In this document: positions 17,344 to 30,109 of the stretch, one piece after another
How positions within the stretch are numbered: position 1 is the stretch's first letter
Layout of the letters: every line of letters starts with the position of its first letter
NCBI GenBank assembly: GCA_006844765.1
Contig: SPJV01000098.1
Span: 26,656-90,655, forward strand
From: Alphaproteobacteria bacterium
Lineage (GTDB): Bacteria > Pseudomonadota > Alphaproteobacteria > UBA8366 > Aestuariispiraceae
Length of the DNA stretch: 64,000 nt
Direction: 5' to 3'
Made by a program: the position numbers and the translations under genes
Notes under the pieces: generated by a model
What the model saw: only the letters and a program-made list of their open reading frames with translations
What the model was told of the DNA's origin: nothing
Databases searched by the model: none

Positions 17344-18759
17344 ATGGCAGAGGCGCATCAGATAGACGGGAATCCGGATCAGGATGATGAGGACGTCGAT
17401 GCTTTCGACGAGCTCTATGGCCTGACTGACGAGATTCTGGAAGCGGTCGAGAATGCGATCGCGGATGAGCGCCCGGCTGACGAAATTCTGACGATCATTG
17501 AGCCCCTGCATGCGGCTGACGTTGCGGATTTGCTGGAACAACTGACCCATGATGAACGCGTCGCCCTGCTGCATGCCTTGGGGGATGAGATCGATGCGGA
17601 AGTCTTGTCTCACCTGGATTACTCGGTGCGGGAAGACCTTGTCGAAATTCTCGACACCGAACAGCTGGCAAGCATCGTCAATGATCTGGATTCTGATGAT
17701 GCCGTCGATCTGATCGAGGATCTGGACGAGGATGAGCAGCAGGAACTCCTGCGCGCGATCCCTGCTGAAGACCGGGCGATCTATGAAGAATCCCTGTCCT
17801 ATCCGGATGATTCCGCCGGTCGCTTGATGCGGCGGGAGACGGTGACGGTGCCGGAGTTTTGGACCGTCGGCCAGACCATCGACTTCATGCGTGATGAGCA
17901 ACTGGATCTGCCGGATGACTTCTACAACCTGATCGTGGTTTCCCCGGCGCATAAGCCGATTGGCTTGATACAACTGTCGAAACTTCTTCGATCTCGAAGG
18001 ATCGTGTCGATCAAGGACCTGATCGAAGAAGAGCCAAAGCTGATTCCGGTTGAAATGGATCAGGAAGATGTCGCCTTCTTCTTCCGGCAATACGGGTTGG
18101 TTGAGGCACCGGTCGTGGATGATGATGACCGCGTGATCGGTGTGATTACCGTTGATGACATCGTCAATGTCATGGATGAGGAGCATGAGGAAGATATCCT
18201 CAAAATGGGTGGTGTGCGCGAGGATGATTTTTATTCTGACTTCGTTGAAACAACCCGCCTTCGGTTCTCCTGGCTTGGCGTAAACCTGTTAACCGCCATC
18301 TCGGCAAGCCTGGTGATCGCGTTGTTTGAAGATGCGTTGACGCAGGTAGTCGCCCTTGCGGTGCTGATGCCGATTGTGGCTTCCATGGGCGGCAATGCAG
18401 GAACGCAGACCCTGACAGTCGCGGTGCGGGCGCTTGCAACCAATGAGCTGACAGCGGGTAATGCGATCAGGATTGTCGTGAAGGAAGTACTTGTTGGCGG
18501 GGCAAATGGCATTCTATTCGCGATTATTATGGGGCTGATCGCCTGGTTCTGGTTCTCTGACCCGCTGTTAGGCGGGGTGATCGCCCTGGCAATGGTGTTG
18601 AATCTGCTTGTTGCCGGCCTGGCCGGGACGATGATCCCCTTGGGGTTGGACCGTATCGGTCAGGATCCTGCAATTGCATCTACTGTTTTTCTGACGACGA
18701 TCACAGACATAGTCGGATTCTTTGTGTTCCTGGGTCTTGCGACCTGGGTTCTGCTCTAA
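17344..18759 (+). CDS. mgtE: Magnesium transporter MgtE
   Basis: The protein has an acidic N-domain, tandem CBS-like segments (LVEAPVVDDDDRVIGVITVDDIV) and a C-terminal TM domain with GGNAGTQ. The start was chosen at MAEAHQ, 8 nt after the maeB stop. Confidence 0.9.
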   Translation: MAEAHQIDGNPDQDDEDVDAFDELYGLTDEILEAVENAIADERPADEILTIIEPLHAADVADLLEQLTHDERVALLHALGDEIDAEVLSHLDYSVREDLVEILDTEQLASIVNDLDSDDAVDLIEDLDEDEQQELLRAIPAEDRAIYEESLSYPDDSAGRLMRRETVTVPEFWTVGQTIDFMRDEQLDLPDDFYNLIVVSPAHKPIGLIQLSKLLRSRRIVSIKDLIEEEPKLIPVEMDQEDVAFFFRQYGLVEAPVVDDDDRVIGVITVDDIVNVMDEEHEEDILKMGGVREDDFYSDFVETTRLRFSWLGVNLLTAISASLVIALFEDALTQVVALAVLMPIVASMGGNAGTQTLTVAVRALATNELTAGNAIRIVVKEVLVGGANGILFAIIMGLIAWFWFSDPLLGGVIALAMVLNLLVAGLAGTMIPLGLDRIGQDPAIASTVFLTTITDIVGFFVFLGLATWVLL

Positions 18760-18780
18760 GCGGACGCGTAAGGCACCCCA

Positions 18781-19668
18781 ATGACGCTTAAAGATTTTCT
18801 GATAGCCCTCGCCGTTCCGCTCGTCTGGGGCATGGGGATCGTGATAGCGAAGCCCGCCGTCGATGTGTTCCCACCGATCCTCCTGATGGCGTTGAGGTTT
18901 GCTGTAACAGCGCTCGCCCTGGTCTGGTTTGTACCGATACCGCGCAAGCATCTCGGGCAGATCGCGATCATCTCGCTTTTTGGCGCGTCCCTTCAATATG
19001 GCCTCAGCTTCAACGGGCTCAAGATTCTGGATGCGGGCACGACTGCGCTGATTGTCCAGGCGGAAACACCGATGTTGATGTTGATTGGGGCGGTCTGGCT
19101 GAAGGAGCGGCTGGGGCTTACGAAGCTTCTCGGCTGCCTCGTGGCCTTTGCCGGCGTCTATGTGATATCCGGCGCGCCCAGCTTGGTGGGGAAGGAGCTT
19201 GGCATCGCTCTTGTCCTGACCGGCGGGTTTCTCTGGGCGGTTGGGCAAGCGATGTTCAGGCGCTTGAATGAACGGCATCCGGGCGCCATTGGTGGTGTCG
19301 GAGCGATTGCCTGGATCGCGGTGCTGGCAACACCTCAGCTGATCGTCATGTCGCTGGTCACGGAAAGCGATCATCTCAACCATCTCCAAAATGCGGGATG
19401 GGAGATTTGGGCGGCTGTCCTCTATCTGGGGCTGATCATGACCGGACTTGGTTATAGTCTTTGGTATCACATTCTGGGCCGCTATTCGGCGAGCCTGGCA
19501 GCACCGTTTCTGCTGTTGGTCCCTGTCGCGTCCGTCCTGGGCGGTTGGCTCTTCCTGGGGGAGGCAATCACTCTGCCGATCCTGGCTGGCGGGGCGCTGG
19601 TCGTGGTTGGCGTAGCAATCCTGACCGTGGAAAAACGGAAGAAGTCGGAATCTCTTGCCGGTGACTAG
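18781..19668 (+). CDS. EamA/DMT-family transporter
   Basis: 295 aa with about 10 hydrophobic segments and a duplicated EamA-like architecture. Confidence 0.8.
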   Translation: MTLKDFLIALAVPLVWGMGIVIAKPAVDVFPPILLMALRFAVTALALVWFVPIPRKHLGQIAIISLFGASLQYGLSFNGLKILDAGTTALIVQAETPMLMLIGAVWLKERLGLTKLLGCLVAFAGVYVISGAPSLVGKELGIALVLTGGFLWAVGQAMFRRLNERHPGAIGGVGAIAWIAVLATPQLIVMSLVTESDHLNHLQNAGWEIWAAVLYLGLIMTGLGYSLWYHILGRYSASLAAPFLLLVPVASVLGGWLFLGEAITLPILAGGALVVVGVAILTVEKRKKSESLAGD

Positions 19669-19669
19669 G

Positions 19670-19694
19670 CGGAATTCGATTCCGGTTTTGTTTT
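19670..19694 (+). terminator. Rho-independent terminator after the EamA gene
   Basis: Hairpin CGGAAT-TCG-ATTCCG is followed by GTTTTGTTTT. Confidence 0.55.
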
Positions 19695-19721
19695 ACACAA
19701 TTAAAAACAATAACTTAGATC

Positions 19722-19737
19722 TGGCACGCCGCTTGAT
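19722..19737 (+). promoter_or_regulatory. Candidate sigma54 (-24/-12) promoter
   Basis: TGGCACGCCGCTTGAT compared with consensus TGGCACG-N4-TTGCW. There is only one mismatch, at the -12 GC (GA). The site lies about 40 nt upstream of the ATG at 19777. Confidence 0.4.
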
Positions 19738-19776
19738 ACTCTTCTTCTGAGAGAGAGGAAGAAAGGTGCAGTCGCG

Positions 19777-20424
19777 ATGGCGTTAGCAACAGACAACAGT
19801 GATATCTATCGGACAGCGAGTGCCTTTGAGGCATCGAAGGAAAGCCGATTGGTGAAGCCGGAAGAAGCGAATTTGGTCCGCGAGCGTGGCCGGGCTGTGT
19901 TCTACAATCAGCTGATGGGGCGCTATGGATTGCCCGGCAGCGCGGCAACGTCACTGGAGCAACCGGTGGCGGAGACATCGGCGGGCGGTCGTTATGACCT
20001 GACCGATATGACTGTCACAGACGTCTTGAGTTTGGCTCAAGAGTTGACCGGCGGCACATCGGTCGGTTTTCCGGGCGCCTCTTCCAGCAGCAACGCAACA
20101 TCTTTAGTCACCGAATATGAAGCGCATCTCGAGCACCTGATCGAGGAAGATGCGGATCCCGGTGCGATCGACGGCGCTCGGAATGTCCTGGAACAAGCGC
20201 GGTTGATGCAGGCGGAGCAAGCCCTCTACCGCTCCCTGGATGCCGCACGAGACAACCAGGAAGAGGGCGATGGTTTTGGCTTTGGAAGTCTGGGCCTCGG
20301 CGGGTTCCTGGGAAGTGGGCTTGGGGCAGGCGGGGGCAACGGGCTGGGTCCTTTTGGCGCGCCGGCTGATCTGTTGTCACTTCCCCCGGCGGCGATCACG
20401 ATGATGATGACGGATCAAGTTTGA
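19777..20424 (+). CDS. Hypothetical protein with an acidic centre and a Gly-rich C-terminal tail
   Basis: 215-aa ORF with a purine-rich SD-like stretch upstream (aggaagaaagg). It has no recognisable motif. The tail reads GFGFGSLGLGGFLGSGLGAGGGNGLGPFG. Confidence 0.5.
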   Translation: MALATDNSDIYRTASAFEASKESRLVKPEEANLVRERGRAVFYNQLMGRYGLPGSAATSLEQPVAETSAGGRYDLTDMTVTDVLSLAQELTGGTSVGFPGASSSSNATSLVTEYEAHLEHLIEEDADPGAIDGARNVLEQARLMQAEQALYRSLDAARDNQEEGDGFGFGSLGLGGFLGSGLGAGGGNGLGPFGAPADLLSLPPAAITMMMTDQV

Positions 20425-20631
20425 AAATGAGCCAAGCTTGATCACGGGTCAAGTTTGATGACTGAGAACTCACATTTCCTTCCGTAGATAGGGCGGCGCG
20501 GTGTCGCGGGTCGCGTCGCCATGCTGGACCTCTTAGACCGCACTCGTTAGTAAAGGTGCGTGCGAGGCAATTGCCGCTCTGCGCTCCATAGCGTTGACCG
20601 GCATCTACGAGCCAATTGAGGGGACTGTTTC

Positions 20632-21231
20632 ATGTTTCATATGCCCATTCCGGAATATCCGCCGATCCGTGGTCGCTTCCCGGATGCCTTCGTCTCAAAG
20701 AAGGATTTCTTCTCACCGGAAGAGCTTGACCGCGTCGAACAGATTGCACAACAGGTGCCGCCGAAGCGGGTAACCGTCGGTCCCGAATCCAAGGTGGATC
20801 CAGATGGAAATCTCAGCTTTGTACGCTGGCTGATGCCGAACCAGGAAACTGCGTGGTTCTATAACCGCATCCTGGGCGCTGTGGCTGAATTGAATGCACA
20901 GGCATTTCAGTTCGATATCACGGGCTGCGACGAAGCCCTTTATCACGTTACGTATGAGGGGAAAGAGAAAGGCCATTACAACTGGCACATCGATGCCAAT
21001 AATCCGAACCAACCTCAACGCAAACTCGCGATCACTTTCCAAATGAGCGACCCAAAGGACTACGAAGGCGGCGAGTTGGATATCAACATGACCGGTTTGC
21101 CGGTTACGGCTCCGAAAGATCGCGGGACTTTGGTGCTATTCCCAGCCTTTCATATCCACCGGGTCCGTCCGGTGACCAAGGGCGTTCGGAAAGCACTTGT
21201 CACCTGGATCGTCGGTCCCCCACTGCGTTGA
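20632..21231 (+). CDS. Small stand-alone 2OG-Fe(II) oxygenase superfamily protein
   Basis: The iron-binding motif is HxD (NWHIDAN) with a distal His and Arg (FPAFHIHRVRPV). There is a good SD (gagggga). The protein is 199 aa. Confidence 0.7.
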   Translation: MFHMPIPEYPPIRGRFPDAFVSKKDFFSPEELDRVEQIAQQVPPKRVTVGPESKVDPDGNLSFVRWLMPNQETAWFYNRILGAVAELNAQAFQFDITGCDEALYHVTYEGKEKGHYNWHIDANNPNQPQRKLAITFQMSDPKDYEGGELDINMTGLPVTAPKDRGTLVLFPAFHIHRVRPVTKGVRKALVTWIVGPPLR

Positions 21232-21264
21232 TCCCAAGTACCATGCTGTTATCGAAGGGGTGGG

Positions 21265-21758
21265 TTAGTCCCGCCCTTCGACAGGTTTCTCCATGATAAC
21301 CAAGTGATCCTGAAAGCCGAAGCGTCGATAGAGCGCACGGGCGCCTTCGTTTTGGGCTAGCAGGGCGATGCGCAGCCAGCGCTCGCCTGCCCCCGCCGCT
21401 TTTTCCTCACTGGCTGCGAGCAGCTTTTCCCCGACCCCTTGTCCCCGAAAGGCTTGGCTGACCAGTAGCTCCTTCACCTCCGTATAGGAATAGGGTTCTT
21501 CGTCAGCATCGCCTTCAAGACCATGGCAGAGCATCGCATAGCCGACGATCTTGCCATCTGATTCCGCGATCAAGATGGCGCCCTTATCCAGATGCGCCTG
21601 GAACAGCGAGTCCATATAGGATTTTGACAGGGCATCCGGCGTCAGGTTTCGGTCGAAATACGGCCCCATATCGCCCTGGAGTTCCCGCACCAGAACCTCT
21701 ACCGCTGCCCGATCCGCCGGTAGGTAGTCTCTAATCTCAACGACTGATGTGCCCGTGG

Positions 21759-21762
<4 letters not shown>
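21265..21762 (-). CDS. GNAT-family N-acetyltransferase
   Basis: The acetyl-CoA motif is QAFRGQGVGEKLLAA. The GTG start at 21762 forms a GTGA overlap with the ppdK stop. The longer ATG start at 21828 would overlap ppdK by 70 nt. Confidence 0.75.
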
Positions 21763-24425
<2,663 letters not shown>

Positions 24426-24617
24426 CGCGTTATCCTTTAAGCTTTGCTCGCTTCGACCTATTTTCGCAATGGTCATCCCACCATCGTCGCATCTATCGAG
24501 ACACCCTTCGAAACGCATGCCCCATGCACATTCTTCAAGGTGAGGTGTTTGTTGTTTGTATAACTGCCCAATCCTGGGAAGGCCTGGACGGCCATCTTGA
24601 AGGATGTGATCAAAACG

Positions 24618-26696
24618 CTATCCCTCTACAAGCCCGAAATCTGCCAGACTGCCCATCGTTCCCCGGATGCGCGACAGCAACATGAGACGGTTGCGTCGCA
24701 AATCGGGCTTGTCTGCATTCACTGTGACCTGATCGAAGAAGGCATCGACGGGCGCGCGCAGGCTTGCCAGCAATCGCATGGCGCCCGCGAAATCTTCCTC
24801 CTCGATCATCACGCCGACTTGCGCAGCGACAGAGGACAAGGCAGCCCAGAGGTTGCGTTCCTCATCCTGTTCGAACTGTTCGGGGTCCGGCGCGCCATTA
24901 TACTCCGTCGCGTCTTTCTTCTCTTCCGCCTTCAGAATATTGGCGGCGCGGCGATAGGCGGTCAGCAGATTGGCGCCGTCTTCGCTGTTGACGAAGTCCC
25001 GCAACGCATGGACCCGCGCGACCAAACGCACCAGATCATCCTCATCCCCCAGCGCAAACAGTGCCTGGATCAGGTCGTGAGAAACCCCTTCGTCCTTCAA
25101 ATGCACGCGCAGACGGTCCGCGAAGAAGCGGAGGAGGTCTTCCCCATCAATAGACGCATTTTCCAGCTTGAAGAAAATGCCATGGGTCAGAGCTTTGTCC
25201 TTAAGCCCGATCCTCACGTTATTCTCAAGCACCAGCCGGATTACACCGAGCGCGGCGCGGCGGAGCGCGAAGGGGTCTTTGGAGCCTGTTGGTTTCTCGT
25301 CAATCAACCAGAAGCCAACCAGGGTATCCAGCTTCTCCGCCAGAGCGACGGCAATGGCAGTGGGCTCGGACGGGCAGGCATCGCCGGGGCCGGCGGGAGA
25401 ATAATGCTGGGCAATCGCATCAGCGACGGCGGCATCTTCATTCTGGTCCAGCGCATAGTAACGGCCCATCAGACCTTGCAGTTCCGGGAACTCGCCTACC
25501 ATTTCCGTTGTCAGATCGGCTTTCGCCAGACGCGCGGCGCGGGCGCAGAGAGCCGGATCGGCATTGGGGATATGTGCGGCAAGCGCTTCGGCCAGACCGG
25601 CGATCCGATCAACCCGCTCTGCCACTGTCCCAAGCTTTGCATGGAAGATGACTTTTTCCAGATCGGACAGCCGGTCTTCCAGTTTGGTTTTGCGATCCTG
25701 ATCCCAGAAGAATTTGGCATCGGCCAACCGGGCACGGAGCACGCGCTCATTACCGGAGATAATGGCGGCACCACCATCCTCGGCTTCCATATTGGCGATC
25801 ACCGCAAAGCGCGGGGCCATGGACCCATCCGGGCGGTTCAGGGTGAAGTATTTTTGATGCGCCCGCATGGAGGCGGTAAGCACCTCCGGCGGGACTTCCA
25901 TGAACGCATCATCAATGCGCCCGATCAGCGCCACCGGCCATTCGACCAGCCCGGTCACTTCGTCCAGCAGGCCTGGGTCGTCCTTAATGGTTAGCCCTTC
26001 CCGATCCGCAGCTTCGCGAAGTTGACGATCAATCGAGGCCTTGCGTTCCGTCGGATCCAGAATGACTTTTTCATCCCGCAGCTTGGCGATGTAGTCATCG
26101 AAACCGGAAACCGTGATGGCCGCGCCGGACCCAAGGAAGCGGTGTCCCTTGGTTTCAACCCCAAAGGCAACGGCTCCCGGGCGCATATCGACGCTGCCTG
26201 AAAGGGCGGTGCCGGCAAAGACCGCGATGATGGAATGGAAGGGGCGCACCCAGCGGAATTCCTGATCAGCGAAGCGCATGGACTTCGGCCAGGGCAGGGC
26301 GCGGATGGCCGCTTCGATGACGCCCGGCAGAACGTCTGCCGCTGGGCCACCCTTTTTCTCCGTCACCGCAAACCAGACGGCACCCTTGGGCGTTTCGCGC
26401 TGTTCGCATTGATCAATGCTGCTCAGGCCAGCCGCCTTCAGGAATCCGGCGAGTGCCTGTTCCGGCGCACCAACCTTCGGGCCTTTGCGTTCTTCATGCA
26501 GATCCGGCTGTGTCTCCGGCAGGCCATCCACAACCAGCGTCAACCGGCGGGGCGTCCAATAACTCCGGGCATCGGCGAATTCCAGATTGGCCTTCTTCAG
26601 CCCATCGGTAATCAGCCCCTTCAAATCCTCCGCCGCACGCCGTTGCATGCGCGCCGGGATTTCTTCCGAGAATAACTCAAGCAGTAATTCAGGCAT
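24618..26696 (-). CDS. glyS: Glycyl-tRNA synthetase beta subunit
   Basis: [18 protein letters not shown] is the canonical GlyS N-terminus. The ATG overlaps the glyQ stop as ATGA. Confidence 0.95.
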   Translation of the reverse strand: MPELLLELFSEEIPARMQRRAAEDLKGLITDGLKKANLEFADARSYWTPRRLTLVVDGLPETQPDLHEERKGPKVGAPEQALAGFLKAAGLSSIDQCEQRETPKGAVWFAVTEKKGGPAADVLPGVIEAAIRALPWPKSMRFADQEFRWVRPFHSIIAVFAGTALSGSVDMRPGAVAFGVETKGHRFLGSGAAITVSGFDDYIAKLRDEKVILDPTERKASIDRQLREAADREGLTIKDDPGLLDEVTGLVEWPVALIGRIDDAFMEVPPEVLTASMRAHQKYFTLNRPDGSMAPRFAVIANMEAEDGGAAIISGNERVLRARLADAKFFWDQDRKTKLEDRLSDLEKVIFHAKLGTVAERVDRIAGLAEALAAHIPNADPALCARAARLAKADLTTEMVGEFPELQGLMGRYYALDQNEDAAVADAIAQHYSPAGPGDACPSEPTAIAVALAEKLDTLVGFWLIDEKPTGSKDPFALRRAALGVIRLVLENNVRIGLKDKALTHGIFFKLENASIDGEDLLRFFADRLRVHLKDEGVSHDLIQALFALGDEDDLVRLVARVHALRDFVNSEDGANLLTAYRRAANILKAEEKKDATEYNGAPDPEQFEQDEERNLWAALSSVAAQVGVMIEEEDFAGAMRLLASLRAPVDAFFDQVTVNADKPDLRRNRLMLLSRIRGTMGSLADFGLVEG

Positions 26697-27583
26697 CACA
26701 AATGCCCCCGGCTTTTCAGGAACTGTTCGGCACAGGCTTTGGCCAAGGTGCGAACGCGGCCGATATAGGCTTGGCGTTCGGTGACAGAGATCACGCCGCG
26801 CGCATCCAGTAGATTGAACAGATGGCTCGCCTTGAGGCATTGGTCATAGGCCGGAAGCGCGACACCACCGTCGATCAGGGAGGCGCATTCCGTCTCCGCA
26901 TCCGCGAAGTGGCGTAGGACCATATCCGTATCCGCCAATTCGAAATTGTGCTTCGAATATTCCACTTCGGCCTGATGGTAGACCTCTCGATAGGTCATCG
27001 TGTCGGAGAACTGAATGTCGTAGATGCTCTCAACACCCTGGACATACATCGCCAGTCGCTCAAGCCCATAGGTCAGCTCGGTCGAGACCGGGTTGCAGTC
27101 GAAGCCACCGACCTGTTGGAAATAGGTGAATTGGCTCACCTCCATCCCATCACACCAAACTTCCCAGCCAAGACCCCAGGCGCCGAGCGTCGGGCTTTCC
27201 CAGTCGTCTTCCACGAAGCGGATATCATGGGCCATGGGATCAATGCCGATGGCCTTGAGGGAACCCAGATACAAATCCTGGCTTTCGGCAGGGGATGGTT
27301 TCAGGATCACCTGATACTGGTAGTAATGCTGCAACCGGTTCGGGTTTTCCCCATAGCGACCGTCGGTCGGGCGGCGCGACGGTTGGACATAGGCAGCCGA
27401 CCAGGGCTCCGGCCCGAGCGACCGCAGTGTCGTCGCCCAGTGGAAGGTCCCGGCCCCGACTTCCATGTCGTAAGGTTGCAGGATAACACAGCCCTTATCG
27501 GACCAATATTGGTGCAGCTTCAGAATGATGTTCTGAAAGCTATTGCTCAGTGGTTCAGCGTCTTGCGCTGTCGCGGAGGTCAT
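26696..27583 (-). CDS. glyQ: Glycyl-tRNA synthetase alpha subunit
   Basis: [33 protein letters not shown] is highly conserved GlyQ sequence. Confidence 0.95.
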   Translation of the reverse strand: MTSATAQDAEPLSNSFQNIILKLHQYWSDKGCVILQPYDMEVGAGTFHWATTLRSLGPEPWSAAYVQPSRRPTDGRYGENPNRLQHYYQYQVILKPSPAESQDLYLGSLKAIGIDPMAHDIRFVEDDWESPTLGAWGLGWEVWCDGMEVSQFTYFQQVGGFDCNPVSTELTYGLERLAMYVQGVESIYDIQFSDTMTYREVYHQAEVEYSKHNFELADTDMVLRHFADAETECASLIDGGVALPAYDQCLKASHLFNLLDARGVISVTERQAYIGRVRTLAKACAEQFLKSRGHL

Positions 27584-27770
27584 GACCCGGATTTCCCGAA
27601 GAAACTTCGGCTTTCCGCCGAATAATGCAGCGCAACATACTCAGTCACTTCTGCCAAATCAATGCGGCAAATCGGACAATCTATCCGAAGTGGCGGTGTA
27701 TCTGCCGTGTTCTAAAAGCGGGCGAGGTTGTACAGGGGCCGCGCAGGGTCCGAACGGGCGGGTTAGAGCC

Positions 27771-28052
27771 TCAATATGGGCATCTGGGCTTGCCGCAGCC
27801 TTGCGTGCCTTCAACAGAGACATAGGCCTCGCAAATCGCGCATTTCTCCGTGTCTTCAATGACGCCGGTGTCACTTTCGCCAGTACGTTGGCGCGTTGCC
27901 TTGCGGATACGTTCGCCGAAGGTGCGCTCACCGCCCTTGCGTTCGCCTTTCTCAACCCGCTGGACACGGTTCAGATATTTAAAGCCATACCAAACCGCCG
28001 CGATCACAATCGCGAGGACGAGGAGCTTGCCGACTGAAGGAATTCCAAACAT
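27771..28052 (-). CDS. Small membrane protein with a C-terminal Cys-rich (zinc-ribbon-like) tail
   Basis: 93 aa with an N-terminal TM segment (LLVLAIVIAAVWYGF), a basic linker, and CAICEAYV...CGKPRCPY. Confidence 0.5.
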   Translation of the reverse strand: MFGIPSVGKLLVLAIVIAAVWYGFKYLNRVQRVEKGERKGGERTFGERIRKATRQRTGESDTGVIEDTEKCAICEAYVSVEGTQGCGKPRCPY

Positions 28053-28103
28053 GTGAAAGAACTACCGATCTTCGCACGGCCCCGCAAGATCGTTTGCCAC
28101 GTT

Positions 28104-28937
28104 TTAAAGGCCGATCCGGGTCCAGTGGCTCCGTTCCTCTGCCGCGCTGATGACACCATCGGTGATGGCCTGGGCGGCGCTGTCCGCACCAAACAGTCTG
28201 GCCAGGCGGCCCTTCTTGCGGACGACAGGGATCAATTTGACCTCGTCTCCGAAGAGCGTCCGCATCTTTGATCGCGTATCATCCAGGCTATCGACCAAGC
28301 CCATGTCGAGCGCTTGTCTTCCGGTCCAGAAACCGCCCTCGAAAAGGTTCTTGTGCAGGTCGGTCTTTAAGCGCTCTCCGCGCCGTTCCTTTACCCAATC
28401 GATAAAGCCGTCATGCATGTCTGCCTGGATTTTCTTAAGATGCGTAATCTCTTTCGGCTTTTCCGGTTGGAAGGGATCGAGCATCCCTTTTTCTTTTCCA
28501 GCAGTATGGACGCGACGCTCCATCCCCAGCTTCTCCAGTGTTCCCTCCATCCCAAAGCTTGAGGAAATGACACCGATGGAGCCGACGATAGACGCGGGCA
28601 TGGCGTGGATCTCGTCCGCCGCGCAGGCAAGCCAATAGCCGCCTGAGGCAGCCGCATCTTCGCAAAAGGCATGGACGGGGATTTTCTTCTCATCCGCCAG
28701 TTTCCGAATGCGTCCGGCGATCAAAGCTGATTGCACCGGGGAGCCGCCGGGGGAGTTGATTTCCAGCGCGACGGCTTTCGCATTCTTGACATCAAAAGCG
28801 CGATCAATGGCGGAGGCGAGATCGTCGAGCGAAAGCCCGCGCCGCCCAGGGCCCATGCCGCCGCCAATGACGCCAGCAAGCCTGATTACGGGAACGCGGG
28901 GGGCGCGTTTGAAGCGCAGAAGTTTCTTCAGTTTCAT
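28104..28937 (-). CDS. sppA: Signal peptide peptidase SppA, 36K type (peptidase S49)
   Basis: S49 motifs are present: ASGGYWLACAADEIHA and IVGSIGV. Confidence 0.85.
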   Translation of the reverse strand: MKLKKLLRFKRAPRVPVIRLAGVIGGGMGPGRRGLSLDDLASAIDRAFDVKNAKAVALEINSPGGSPVQSALIAGRIRKLADEKKIPVHAFCEDAAASGGYWLACAADEIHAMPASIVGSIGVISSSFGMEGTLEKLGMERRVHTAGKEKGMLDPFQPEKPKEITHLKKIQADMHDGFIDWVKERRGERLKTDLHKNLFEGGFWTGRQALDMGLVDSLDDTRSKMRTLFGDEVKLIPVVRKKGRLARLFGADSAAQAITDGVISAAEERSHWTRIGL

Positions 28938-29011
28938 GCTTCGCTAGATGGTGTGGTTTCGGGTGTTTAGCAAGGCCTGTGTGGTGACCAATTAAATGAT
29001 AGCCATATGTG

Positions 29012-29773
29012 TCAGCGAAGTGGAAGGGCCGCCCCGTCGCGCAAAATGGCTTCGGCTTCCGGGGTGTAGCGCTCCCCATCAAGGTTTCCGTGCAACGTCA
29101 GGCCCGGCAGCATGCGCGTTCCGCCCCGAACGGCTTTTCTTGCATGCACAATCACGCGCTTTGCCGCTGTTCCCGTGCGCGGCCATAACGGCAAGACCGC
29201 TGTTTCCCCAGCCTGTCCCTCTAGCAAGGCCAGGATTTCCTGTAGTCGGTCGGCGCGATGGACCAGGGTGATTCCCCCTTTTTGCCGGGCGACTTTCAGC
29301 ATCGCATTGATCCAGTCGGCAAGGCAGGCTCCCGCTTCGACCATGGAGCGGTCGCGATGTGCATCAGGGGAGCGGGCAGCACTGCCCTCCGCCAGATAGG
29401 GAGGGTTGGCAAAGACTTGGTCTGCTGAGTTTGGGGCGATGTCCAGGGCGGCACCGACCCGGCCCTCCTGAAAGCGGACCCGGGCTTCTTTGTTATTCAG
29501 GGCCGCGTTTGTCTGCGCCAGGGCGATGATTTGCGGATCTGCATCGATCCCCAGGATGTCCGCGCCGGCGCATCGTTCTGCATAACACAGGCTGGCAATA
29601 CCGGCCCCGCAGCCCAGTTCCACCACGCGGCCACTGGAAAGAGCCGGCACAGCCGCAGCCAATAGGACCGTATCCATGGCCGCCCGAAATCCCTTTGCCG
29701 GCTGTCGGGCCATCACGGCACCGCCCAGGAAGGCGTCTTCGGTTAGGTCGGTTTGATCGGATGTTGGCGTCAC
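29012..29773 (-). CDS. SAM-dependent N6-adenine methyltransferase (YfiC/TrmN6-like)
   Basis: The SAM motif is VVELGCGAGIASL. The catalytic NPPY motif is present (VFANPPYL). Confidence 0.75.
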   Translation of the reverse strand: MTPTSDQTDLTEDAFLGGAVMARQPAKGFRAAMDTVLLAAAVPALSSGRVVELGCGAGIASLCYAERCAGADILGIDADPQIIALAQTNAALNNKEARVRFQEGRVGAALDIAPNSADQVFANPPYLAEGSAARSPDAHRDRSMVEAGACLADWINAMLKVARQKGGITLVHRADRLQEILALLEGQAGETAVLPLWPRTGTAAKRVIVHARKAVRGGTRMLPGLTLHGNLDGERYTPEAEAILRDGAALPLR

Positions 29774-29979
29774 CAGTCTTCCCCCGCCCCAGCAAGAAGG
29801 TGTTTGGCGCGTGTGAAATCCTCGTCGGATACCATCAAGCGACGCTGCAGGGCGCCGATTGAGCCTTCCAACACACTGGTATGGGCATCCAGGATCATGG
29901 CCTCAATACCTTCATCGGCCAGGAATGCCGTCAGGAAGGATAGGCGAACCGGATCGTTACTGCGGATCAGTTCTTTCAT
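29770..29979 (-). CDS. Small DUF2007-like protein
   Basis: 69-aa product (MKELIRSNDPVRLSFLTAFLADEGIEAMILD...). The stop overlaps the methyltransferase start. The upstream part of the 149-aa ORF is not protein-like. Confidence 0.5.
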   Translation of the reverse strand: MKELIRSNDPVRLSFLTAFLADEGIEAMILDAHTSVLEGSIGALQRRLMVSDEDFTRAKHLLAGAGEDW

Positions 29980-30109
29980 ATGTTTGTTACCCTGCTTTCC
30001 CGCGACATCTCGACCGCTTGACCGCCGGGGGGCAGTCACTAATGTGTCCCTTTCGGGGAATGGCGCGCAAAGGCGCGTCCCAGTGCTTTGATAAGTTAGG
30101 GGATTTCGG

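Noticed and set aside
19697-19714. TTAAAAACAATAAC upstream of the sigma54 site looked like a CtrA box
   Set aside because: Half-site spacing is off by two relative to TTAA-N7-TTAAC, and the second half-site is degenerate.
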